Source: Azolla caroliniana
Lineage: Eukaryota > Plantae > Polypodiophyta
NCBI GenBank assembly: GCA_043228905.1
Contig: JBHGNT010000018.1
Location: 13,206,001 to 13,270,000, forward strand
Length of the DNA: 64,000 nt
Reading direction: 5' to 3'
Shown: one piece after another, positions 12,601 to 24,224 of the stretch
Numbering within the stretch: the first letter of the stretch is position 1
How the letters are laid out: every line of letters starts with the position of its first letter
The notes under the pieces: generated by a model
Told to the model about the DNA's origin: nothing
Seen by the model: the letters and a program-made list of their open reading frames with translations, nothing else
The model's database searches: none
Program-made: the position numbers and the translations under genes

Positions 12601-15183
12601 GGCCCAATATGACTTGGGCATATGCTTCTCGTTCATCATGGCCCACGCTACTTCGAGGATGTGCCGATTTTTGCACTCGGCTACTCCGTTTTGTTGCGGA
12701 GTGTGTCGGCAAGTGAATTCTTGCCAAATTCCTTCCTTTCGGAGATACGCCGTGAAATCGTCCGAGAAGTACTCCTTGCCGCCATCTGATCGAAGACAAC
12801 GTACATGTCGGCCCGTGGCTTTCTCGACTTCATTCTTGAATGTTTGGAAGTGTCCGAACACTTCGCTCTTTTGCTGAATCGGATAGATCCAAGTGTGCCT
12901 AGAAAAGTCGTCAATGAAGAACACGTAATATCGGCATCTGCCGAATGTAGCCGTCTGCACCGGTCCCCATACGTCGGAATGGACTACGTCGAGTAGACCT
13001 TTGCTCACGTTCCGCTCTTTCGGGAATGGGTGTCGGTGTTGCTTGCCGAATTGGCACGCTTCGCATACACCTTCAATCTCCTTCTCTTTGAATGTCGAGA
13101 GTCCGATGACGACTCTATTCGATTTCATTGCTTTGAGTTTGTTGAGATTGATGTGGCCGATTCACTTGTGCCATAACTCTATGTCGGAGTCGGATTTCGT
13201 GCTTTTCGCGAACATGGCGGATTTCATCTCGTGTGAATCGAGAATGAACATCCGGCCCTCTCTTCTTCCGCGTGTGATGATTCGGCCTTCGTTTTCGATG
13301 AAACACCCTTCTTGGTCGAATCGTACTTGCATCCCTTGCTCAACAATTTGGCCGACCGAGACCAAATTCTTCGTGATGGTGGGAACATGCAAGACATTTT
13401 TAATGTATGTTTGCTTACCTCTTTCGCCGAATGGAACATTGCCGATGTGCCGAATCGGGTGCATAGTATCATCTCCGGTTTCGACATAACCGGGTCGCTC
13501 CGGCTCTCGAAGTTCGAGAAACCATTCTTTATGGGATGTCATATGGTTTGAGGCTCCGGATTCAACAAACCATATGTCCTCCGAATTGAGGGCACTAGTT
13601 GAGGTAGAGGCCGACATAGAGTTTGCTCTATGTTTCATCATGAACATTCCGCCATGGTCAGAGTTGTGTGCATACATTCCGCCACAATCTTTGTAGTCGA
13701 AGTTGTTCTCGTACATTCCGCTATAATCTTTGTAGTCGGAATTGTGTCCATAATTCGTGAGTTGTTGGCTTGTGGAAGCCGATTCACGCATCTTCTTTTG
13801 GCACTCTTCTTCGTGGTAGCCGAGCTTTCCACAATATCCGCATTCGGTTGCGTTTTGACGGCTTGGGCCGGAGTGGAAGCTCCCCCTTCTTGCGAAGGTT
13901 CCTCGTTGGCTTCCGTTTTACGGCCGAAATTGGGAGTTGTTATCGTAGGTCGGACCTCATCCGCCTTGTCCTTGGCCGAATCGGCCTCTCAACCATCTGT
14001 GTCCTCTTCCTTCGTTCGAGTGCGTGTAGAGCATGTGGCCTTCCGACTCATTTCTCCTTGTACGCATGTGGTTTTCTTCGACCAATAGCATTGATTGGAG
14101 CTCGAAGAAGGAGGGAGATTTCTCCCGTGCTAGAACGGCGGTTCACATCGCGCCGAACCGTGGTGCGAGGCCGCCGAGGCATATTTGAACCATCTCATCA
14201 TCATCGATATTTACGCTTATTGAGCCAAGCGAATTGCAAAGCTCCTTGATCTTCGAGGTGTATGTCGTGATGGACATGTCCCTTTGTTGAATGTTGTTCA
14301 ACTCTTGGCGGAGTTGAAGCCTTCTTACGGTTGTGTTCGCCGCGAAAATCTTTCGTAGATTTTCCCATGCCTCCTTCGGCGTCTTGGCTTCACGAATGTA
14401 GCCAAGAATGTGATCGTGAACACATGTCACCAAGCAATACATCACGCGGCTTGCGGCTTGCTCCCATGTCGCGTATTTGGGAGCCGCTTCGGCGGGTCGG
14501 TCTTCATGTGCTCCTTTGATGTAGCTCCAATAGCCTTGTCCGACAAGGTATTGGTGCATCTTGTACTCCCAAGATGCGAAGTTGTTTCGATCCAACTTCT
14601 CGGTAGGGAGAGCGCTCCCCATTTGAGTATTCATTATGTCGATTCTTCTTCTTCTTCTCTCTTCGAATGCGAGCTATGTAGCGAAGCTACGATAGCGATG
14701 CGCCGATCCTTGGTCATTGGCGTGGAGCACCACACACGACCACGATGAGGCGAATGGGCTAGATCGAGCTACCAAATCGCTCTGATACCATGTAAAGAAT
14801 CAAGAGACGGATTCTTGTGAAGCGGAAGAGATATGAGTTATGTGTGTGTATGATAGAGAGAGAGTGAGTGAGAGAGACAAGGAATACGACACAGAGAATA
14901 AGCAAGGTAAAAGTATATTAACAAAGGAGAAAGACTCAACTAAATACAAGGTGGGAGGAGGGTGCTTTATATAGTCACCCTCTCTTTTCATTAACTACAA
15001 GACTCATGGAGCATGGGGAATGTGAAAGCTCATAAGTTATGTGTCATAGAATATGATTCTATGACTCATACTAAATGCGAGAATACAAAGAGGTGACATA
15101 GTGGTGACTCTTGACCGTTGGAGTGTCTATTCACTCTCAAGGTGAGTTCACACACTAGACCAAGTTGAGCTTGATTCTCAACA
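9654..15183 (-). mobile_element. Full-length Ty1/copia element nested in the hAT (LTRs 9654-10046 and 14791-15183)
   Basis: 393-bp LTRs differing at about 8 sites by eye. TSD aatat (9649-9653 / 15184-15188). PBS tggtatcagagc (14779-14790, tRNA-iMet) and PPT after 10046. gag-PR-INT-RT-RH order. Confidence 0.95.
10313..14634 (-). pseudogene. Copia gag-pol polyprotein, disrupted by several stops and frameshifts
   Basis: ORF pieces: gag (LDRNNFASW), protease (WFVESGASNHM), integrase (VHSDVWGP, RSDGGKEY, QQNGVAE), RT (QMDVKNAFL, LYVDDL), RNase H (ADIFTKAL). Confidence 0.92.
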
Positions 15184-17081
15184 AATATATTCCAAAAGGG
15201 CATGATAGAGTAATTCTCTTTGCTAAAGTTTTTGCGAACTATTTAATTCCAAATGTTGGATCCATCGCATGCAACTCTTCATTGGCTTCAATGTGGTGAA
15301 AGGAATGAGATGAGAGACTTAACTAATGACTTGGGCTAAAATCTAAAATAAAAATGAAGAGAACAACCACTCTATTTTTGTTAATGCATTTGTTGGGAAC
15401 CCTCAATCTGAGGAAAAAAGCCACAAAACATGTTCTAATACCCGTGTAATGGTGATTATACTCGATCCTAATACCCAACACACACATTTACTAATATAAT
15501 TGTATGTTTCACGAGAGAGAGAGAGAGAGAGATCCATACAAAAGCTTGCTTTGGATTCTAGTATGAGTAGACGAGTGTGCATTCAAATGTTAAAGTTAAG
15601 CCTATGAACTCACTTTTTTAAGTAAACCGACTCTATATCAATTCACTTAAAAGTTAGAAGTGTGGATAAATGACAGGACTGAGTATTTCTTTTTTTCAGA
15701 GGTGAAGCATGGGAATTTCCCCTTGCCTTATTCAACTATCAATCAAACAGTAAACTAAAAGAAGAATGAAGAGATTCTATTAAAAATCAGATCCAAGTGG
15801 TTGGATCAATCCAACACTAATTTCTCAAAGTGAGATTATCGACAAACATAATAGTTCCCGATCAAACCCAGCAAGACATTGTTGATGTGATCAAAGTCAA
15901 CTTACCTTAACTATCAAGGCATTGATGGATCAATCAAGGAACCAAGCATTGGATTGATGAATTATTCAAGAACAAGCCACGAGTCCTCGTTCTAGGGAAC
16001 AATATAGCAGATTAAAGAAAAGGCAAAAAATCAATTCTATGTGTTCACCAAATCCATTTTTATGTCTTATAGGGTCCAAAAGCCATCCTTTTCCATTTAG
16101 TCTCCTAGATTTGGCTTTTCATTTGAAGCCTTAGGTAAGGCTTCATATTAAGATGCTTCAAATTGCATACGGACATTAAATTATTTGCAATTACTCTATA
16201 ATATATATGTAATATATGTAATTAGTACTTTCTAAATAGATTTTGCAACTCATTTGAAGGGCAGACTTGAATACATATCAAAATCTCAAAGAATAGGCAA
16301 TGGGGATGATAGCGAGAAAGTTTTCTTTTTTCTTCATATTGTTCAAGACAACATGGTCCAACCGTACATTGGGCTTCCAGATGCTTAGACCAAGATGTTT
16401 TCTCCATTTCTTCTTGATGTAATTAAACCTCTTATCCAACTAGCAGCAAAAAGATTACCATTGTACATCAAAGAAAGACCCATGTTTGGGATGTAAATTT
16501 TAGAGGAGAATCTGTACCTGTTATCTCAGCTTCTGCTATTCCAAACATAATGAAAACTCATGTACCTACATATTTGGTTCTCGTTAAGGATGTTAATGCA
16601 TATGAAATTGAAACGGAGTTCTATGCATTTCACAAAGATAGGGCTTGGCAAGCTTTCTTGAGCATTATCAGTTCTCAAAGTCTTTGTCATATGAGTTATC
16701 TTCCTCTAAAAGGCCCAAGGATCATGCAACTGATTTGATCTCAAGATTATGAATCTGGGAGGCAAGATAACATAGAACCTGACAATGTGAAACAGCTGAG
16801 GGCCAATGGTCCTTGGTGCACGGAGCCACAACTTGTAGACCAATGGATCATCATATGATCAGCCCAGTTAGAAAGTCACTTTAGTTAGGCCCTACATAAA
16901 ATTCAAGTAAAAGGTATAATTGAGTGGATAGGTTAGAAGCTAATGCAATTTTTTTAACAAGGTTACTCTATGGTGGCATGAGAAAGACTGCCTTGTTCAA
17001 ACAACATTCTCACATAGGGGTGAGGTTTATGACGAGAGAGAGCTCAGAGCAGGAAGGAAAGAAAGTTGGGACATTTAACAG

Positions 17082-20000
17082 GGATCACGCAGGAGGGAAT
17101 GAGAAGATAAAGAAGCTGATACCTGGCATAAAAGTCTACGGAAGCTTAGAAGACAATGTTGAAGGTCAGACAGATGTGTTAGGAGATAGAGACGAAGTAT
17201 CTTTGGGAGACTCGATAACAATCAAGGCTATCCACACACCCTGGTTTGCCTACTTTTCTGTTGCAGTCTCTTTAAATTCCATGTAATAATGTTTTTTGTT
17301 GTCAGTTTATGTGAACTTAATCCAAGGACTCATATCAAGCAGACACTCATAGTTGGTTGAACTGCATAAAGTTTGTCATATTCAAGCCACATAACAGTAA
17401 GATGGCCTTTCTGCATTTGTGGAGTATAAGTCAATCTTCTTGGATATATGGCTCATGAAATTTGTCAATGGGCATCATGGAGGATAATGAATCTAGAGTT
17501 TCATCAACAGTAATAAGTATGTGGAAATATAATATCAATTTGTGTAAGGTTGTTGTCACTGGTAACATCCAATTTGAGTATTTGTCCAACGATAGAAACA
17601 TGTGCAGAAGTCTCTCGTTGTAGCAATTAAAAATATACCTAAAGAAGTTTTTTTTTATCCCCTCCAACGTCTTGGTGAATAATTATTCACCGATCCAAAT
17701 ACAAAGTCCTAAAGGATGTTCGGCCCTCCCTGCCTGCCTTCTGGTGTATTCCTCGTTGATCCTTAGCCGTGAATGGGGTCGTGTCGTGTCCATCCCAAAG
17801 TTGCATTTCTATTTTTGGAATTGCTTTAATTCTTTATGGCTTCCAATCATGGGAAGCTGCCATCAAGACTGCATCCTGACATTCTATGTCTTCATTTTGT
17901 AGTGAGCTGTCTCTGCAGCTATCCTCCCAATGTTTCAAATTCCCCATTTGAATCCATAAATTCTTCTTCTGGGTGTATTGTTTACCAATCCATCAGGTCC
18001 TAAATGAGGTTCTGCCATGGCTTCTCGATGTCTGCTGATCCCTAGTGTTGAATCAAGTCTTATCCATTCCAAAGTTCCATTGCTACTTTTGGAATTGCCT
18101 TAATTGTTTGATGGCTTCACATCACAGGGAGCTGACACTTCAAGTCTGCATCCTGACCTGCAACATCTTCATTTTGTAGTGAGCTGTCTGCAGCTGTCCG
18201 ACAGATATTTCAAATTCCCATTTGAATCCAAGGAGCTGGTTGGCCTTTATCCATTTGCTTACAACACAAAACATGTATATTCAAATTTCCAAAAATGTGG
18301 CCGAAATTTTAGCTCCAAATATGCTGAAAGTGAAACTGCTATTGATTTTACAACTTCCGTACTATCAGACGCTTGAGTTTAATGTGGGTATGAGTAGGAA
18401 GCACTCGTTTTGAGGGGAAGTACCTCCCTGATTTCTGCAAAGCATGTCCATTTTCTGGCAATATTTCCTCTTTACCATCTTAGGCATGATCTAATATGCT
18501 GGTTCCACCATTTGCTCCATCACTTGTTTTTAATGTGTGATGTGTGTGAATGGTGGGCACTCTTTTGACATGAACTCCCTTGATTTGTGCAAAGCATATT
18601 TGTTATTTCTCAACTTTCCTCGTCTACCATTCTTAGCAATCCATCATATGACTTGCTTGTTCCAGAGGATAGTTTCTACAAGTGTTATATTCATTTGCTT
18701 CATCACTTGATTATAATCTGCGTTCAAAATAACTTCCTCCTTGATTTCCTCAAACAATCTTCATTTTCTGGCTACTTTTCTTCTCCACCATACTTTGCCA
18801 TTTAAAATTTCCCTAAACTATTACTGTTACCTTATGCTTCACGAAGCACCATGCTCCATGTCATCTTTCTGTAGATATTGATATAGAGTGGGATGCTCCT
18901 CCTAGAGTTTTTGTTTTGATCTAACTGCTATGCAGGCTGCAAGCTTCTGCATGTCATCCACTTGGATTGGTTGTGCTGTGAAGATTAGTTTCCTTCCGGT
19001 GGTTTGTGAATTGTAAAGTTCAAGTTAAAGTTTTTAGCAGGGTGAATTCACATGAGCACTCGTGTTCACTCCTTGGCCGAGGCTTTTAAGCTCTGTTTTG
19101 GATCATAGAGGCTTCAGTGTAAAACTTTAACTTGCAGGTACTAATTAAAGGTTAATATCATGTTCCATCACCATTGTCATATATGTTAAGGCCAGTTTAC
19201 CATGGAGTAATGGTTTACAATACAGAGGTCATGAGAGATTAGAGCCACTCATTTTCTAGCTGAGGCTTTTGGAAACTGTCTAATTTTAGATCTTAATCGT
19301 GGGTTGTAACTTCAGTGTTAAAATTATAACGTTATGAGCAGTGGGTGCTAATTAAAGTTTAATATCATGTTCCACCACCTTTCTTGTTTGTTAAGCTTGG
19401 CTGGTTTCACATGGAGTCACAACTTACAATACAGAGGTCTTCAGAGATCAGAACCATCAGGCCATGATGACCTAGACACAGACTGCCTTGAACTTTCGTA
19501 GAAAGAGATTCACACAAGGCACCTATTATGTTGACTTAATTTAACCACATTTATCGTCACCACACAAGATACATGCGCCTCAATGACATTCATAAATCTA
19601 AAGTTAATTCTTGATATTTACAGTCACACAAGGGGTCACATATGCTGCCATGTGACTGATATCAATGAAAATCATTCAGCTATCTTTACTGGAGACACTT
19701 TGGTGAGATGGACTCTATGTTCATGTTTTATGTTTAGCTAGATAGTGCAAATATTAAAAAAGGATCTGAATAAACAGTTTATTGGAGGCTGTGGAAGGTT
19801 CTTTGAAGGTACACCTGAACAAATGCACTACTCTCTTTGCCAGAAGCTAGCTGCGTTGGCTCCAAACACCCAAGTATTTTGTGGACATGAGGTAGATTTG
19901 TTAAACATAATCACACATTAAAGTTTACATTATTTTCTTGGATGTCTCATTACCCATTATGTGCATGTAGTGTAATTTAGTGAAAAACAGAGGATCTTTA

Positions 20001-20643
20001 TTCTCCTTTTACGTTTTGTTGAATATCTACATAATCATACTAAACTGTAGATTTTTGTGACTTTTTTATTGTTTTTCCTAGTAAATATCTAGTTTTTGTG
20101 ATTTTTTCAAAGCACCCATTTTCCTTGTAAAGTTGTTCTTGAAGATGCTTGGTCAAGCGTTAAGTGCTCCCTGAAAGTTGTTTTATAACAAAAGAAGCAT
20201 ATTTGTTGCTTCTCTCTTTTTTCCTCAATGATTTCTTACACATTAATGTCTCTCTTTCTTTCTCTTCTGGATGCTTTGCTTCACCTTGTATGTATTTGGT
20301 TTGTTTCTGCAGTATACTGTAAAAAACTTGAGCTTTGCATCAGTAGTTGAACCAGATAATGTAGCCCTTCAAAGAAAACTGGCTTGGTCGAAAGACCAGG
20401 AAGCAGTGAGTAAACCTACTGTACCATCAACTATTGGTGAAGAATTGGAGACAAATCCATTCATGCGTGTTAATGTGAAATCAATACAGGTATAATGATT
20501 GAGTATTATGGAATTGTAGTGTATGGAATGGAATTAAAAATATAATACTATTAGCTTTTGTTGATCAGGATGCCACTGGGTTTAGGAATCCAACTGAGGT
20601 GATGGGGGCCTTGAGGCGCTGGAAAGATGGATGGAAGGGTTAA
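17082..20643 (+). CDS. GLX2: Hydroxyacylglutathione hydrolase (glyoxalase II, cytosolic type), 5'-truncated; exons 17082-17243, 19624-19702, 19778-19891, 20313-20489, 20569-20643
   Basis: All introns are GT-AG and splice in frame: [20 protein letters not shown]...HTP-C-HTRGHI...[18 protein letters not shown]...CGHE-YTVKNL...[13 protein letters not shown]-...[10 protein letters not shown]. No stops. The N-terminal exons (DNY, VDP, THHHW) were not found upstream within the element. Confidence 0.9.
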
Positions 20644-21063
20644 TGTGGAGAATATGGCGGTTCTGCTGTAGAGATTGTGTAATTAATGCTGTCTTCTTTG
20701 TATGCCTTGCATGAGGGTACTGTCCAAATTAACATCAACTACATGAGCCTGCAGTAATGAAAGCTCCTGGAATCAAATTCAGTTAAATTCATGAAAAATA
20801 AAGTTGCAATGGAATTACTAGCTTAATATACATTGCAGGAGAGTTGTGTCCAATCTGCCATAAAAAATTGTAATTACCATTTTTTTCGTTTAGATTTCAC
20901 AAGGTTCTTTATCCTATGGTCTATGGAGATAATTTCCAAACATATCGAAGGTTCTTTATGCAAGTGAAAATTTGAGCAGGTGGATGGAAGAGTTGTGATG
21001 ATTCTATATACAAACACAAATTACTATATATAAGACGTCGACCATGTTATGAGGTACATAACT

Positions 21064-21421
21064 AATGGACTGTCCGAGTGGAAACCTTAATAACAAATTT
21101 GGATAGAAAGGTAGTTGCCCAAAGTTTTGGTCATTACTAATAATTCAAGGTGTTCGTAGAGCATTTAATTGGACACTTGCTGAATGGCGATGGTTTCATT
21201 GTTAAATCAAGGAGCCAAAAGCATTAAAAAGTCCAAGGGCATTATCAAATACATAACTAACAAATGGACTGTCCAAGTGGACACTTTAATAACAAATTTG
21301 GATAGAGAGGAGGTTGCCCAAGTTTTCACTCATTATTAATTATTCAAGGTGTCTGTAAGGCATTGAATTGGACACACTGAATGGCATTGGTCTTGTTGTC
21401 AAGTCAAAGAGCCAAAAGCAC
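21064..21421 (+). repeat. Diverged tandem duplication (~160-bp core, ~200-bp period)
   Basis: aatggactgtcc(g/a)agtgga...gagccaaaagca occurs at 21064-21222 and again at 21263-21421. Confidence 0.8.
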
Positions 21422-22254
21422 ATCTCGAATTGGTGATCAGGGATTTGTAACAATGGGTGACGAGTGCCTTAAACAAGTGATGAAAGCAAATATTCTTGAT
21501 TTGGAGAAATAACGAGATAAAGGAAATGGGAAAAATTTGTTTTCCACAAGGAATGTCTACCATCCTCATGATGACTGCGTTTGATGTTACATGTTAGTTT
21601 TCACTTTGATAGAGTCCATAGAGGCAAGCTGGGAGCAACAAATGTGTGCTGATCTTCTAATCATAATTCTTCCAATAATGGAGGTGTAAGGATATGGTTT
21701 GATGTAAATCATTATATTTGTTACATAGGCCTATTATGCACACCAAGGTTGTGTCTTTTTTCTTGGATGGGAAAAAGAAAGTGTAATTCCATTAGGAGTG
21801 ACTTTATGTTATTGTCATACCTTTGTGAAACAATTAAAGATCCTACATTAGAGACTTTGGTTCAGTTGGTTATTAGAAAACAACATAATGATATTTATTC
21901 AGCCTCTTAGAGCTACCATGTTTACCCTCCTAAACCCACTAGTGACTTTACACCACTTTTATAAAATAGCTAATAAAGTTGGGCCTAAAAATATCCCAAA
22001 AAAGACAAGTGTAGAGCTCACAAAATTTTATGCCTCAAGTTCATTGCATGACGTAGCTAAAAAGCATTGGCATTCATGATTTTTTTTCATCGCAAAATTA
22101 ACAAAGTTCATGCACTTTTCAAGCCATATATGGAGATGTATGTTCAACATATATTTACTCTCATCAAATGGATACATATATTCAACATATTTTGACTCTC
22201 ATTATATGTATATGTATATTCAACATGAGAGTTCATAAATACTTGAGAGTTCAT

Positions 22255-22336
22255 AAACGATTTGATTTGGTTTTTGTTTTATATAAACGGTTCGGGTCAG
22301 CTTCTTTGTCTTGAAATCGAACCGTGCCCATTGTTA
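22255..22336. mobile_element. Orphan internal hAT terminus (TIR plus subterminal motifs)
   Basis: aaccgtgcccattgtta (22320-22336) matches the right TIR aaccgggcccattgcta at 15/17, preceded by tttggtttt/aaacggttcggg motifs. Confidence 0.7.
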
Positions 22337-23297
22337 CTCTTGAGCACATACTTTGCCTACAATAGTGGTGGTTCTTCCTGGAAATACTCACCACCTTCCT
22401 CGATTCTCTACATAGCTTAGGAACTAATTCTAGTGCTTGGGCAAATGTCATATTCACTTTTTTCTCTTTCAAATAATTCAACAATGAATATGACTCTTGA
22501 TGCCTAATTGGTAATCCTAGATAGTTATTCTCCTTGTTTATTCTCGAGGTTTCTTTTCTTGCTTATTCCTAGGTTTTATTGTGTTCTCTGCTACACCTTT
22601 AATTTGATTATGAAACCTGATTTAGATCCTCAAACCTTCTTCTTGGTCCTCCATCTGAGCTCTCCTTCCTATTAAAACATCATATGACTCTCCATTTAAT
22701 GACATTCCCACGGGTTATAACTTATATCTATTGACTCCCTTACTTCATCATTCTTATTAACTCCCATTAAATTAATATTATGAGCATTTACTTGATTTTG
22801 TGGCCTCTGCTCTTATGCTCGGTGTAGAATCGGGGCAATACCTCCTTCTCGCGTGGGATGTCTGCAATTTGGTGAAATGCTCCCACGCTCAAAACAATTT
22901 TAACACTACAGAGACATTTTGTTTCCCAATACATAATGGCCTTCAGGTATTGGCCTCCACCAAAAAGTTTTGACCCAATCCGTCAGTCAAATATTGGGTC
23001 AGGAAAAGGGTCACATGGAGATTTCCATGACAACTCCTTCATGGAAACCTCCACATTAGGGAGCCCGGAGGAGCATGAATGAATGCTTGATGAACAACAA
23101 AGAAGAAGAGAGATGGCTTATGAAGCATGAACCTAAACCAAATCCACATAAATTTTTCCTCAAACCTAAACCATCCACTATTGTCCTATCAATGAGACTT
23201 TGAAATGATGGTGGATATGCAATTTATCATAGTGTCTACATATGGTATGGGTGTTCCACCCCCATTGTTGTTTGATAGCTATGATCCACAACTAATT

Positions 23298-23690
23298 TGT
23301 TGGGAAAACTGGTCCCTCCGATGGGAGGAACACAAGTTGGAGAGAAGAGTAAGTCGAATGGGTCGTCAGCATCCCAATTCCCAATTCAGTCGAGGCCGAA
23401 AAAACGAATAATAATCGATTTGACTAGTTGAATCGGCCAAAGTCGACCCAAGGCTATATTTGTAAATAGTCATATATGAATATGAGTATAAATATATTTT
23501 GGGCAAGTGGTTAGGTATGATGAATTATTAGTGGCATTAGAGTGTAACTAGTGTGAGAAAGAGAGTGAGAGAGAGTTGAAACTCTGTAACCGTCAGTAGA
23601 CGAAGAAGAGCTTGAGTACCTGAATTAATTTTTCATTTTTCTATTCCGTTGAGTTCCCATGTCTCTTTAGAATTTTCTCATAGATTTGTT
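23298..23690 (+). repeat. Degenerate copia LTR remnant (family of B and the young copia)
   Basis: Begins tgttgggaaaactggtccctccgatggg and contains ggctatatttgtaaatag, as in the LTRs at 4195 and 30274. The 3' boundary is uncertain. Confidence 0.6.
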
Positions 23691-24224
23691 ATCAAACCTC
23701 AGCTGAAGTTTCCCAATCATAACTGCAATAAATTCCCCATTGTCCTAGGGGGCTCTGCAATGAATTTGTGAACAGATTGGGTATGTTGACATGTGTTCTA
23801 ATTGACACCATTTTGATCCCTCCCCGATGTCCTTGATAAATCCTCAAGACCAAGTTCATATGCAATAACATAGTCGTAACCACCTTTTAATGAGGCTTTT
23901 GGTGGTTTTAAAGGTTGAGACTCTTGCTCCTTTAATAACTTTGTCCAACTTTTTATCCTAAACCCATCATCTTGTACTCTGGTCTACATGTTAGAAAAGA
24001 TGAACAACCACCACAGGCTTGGTACCACAGCCATTATAACCCTGGAACCTCTTCTGATATCCTGGCTGGATCACTTCTTCGATACTCAAGAAATGTAAGA
24101 GGGAAGGGATAACTTTAAGAGGGACTCTTGATAGAGAAAACACTGATGTCCTTCGCCATGTTATGGTGCATAGAGGAGCATTTGCAAAATTTCTCATGAA
24201 CCTGTAAAGCATACAATGTCACCA

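Noticed and set aside
6071-22336. Alternative reading that the hAT ends at the internal TIR (16 kb element)
   Set aside because: The flank ctcttgag does not match accacagg, and copia B does not resume there; both the TSD and integrase continuity point to 38656.
23991-24212. Possible DYW domain downstream of the PPR
   Set aside because: No PG box, HxE or CxxC motif is visible in the downstream ORF.
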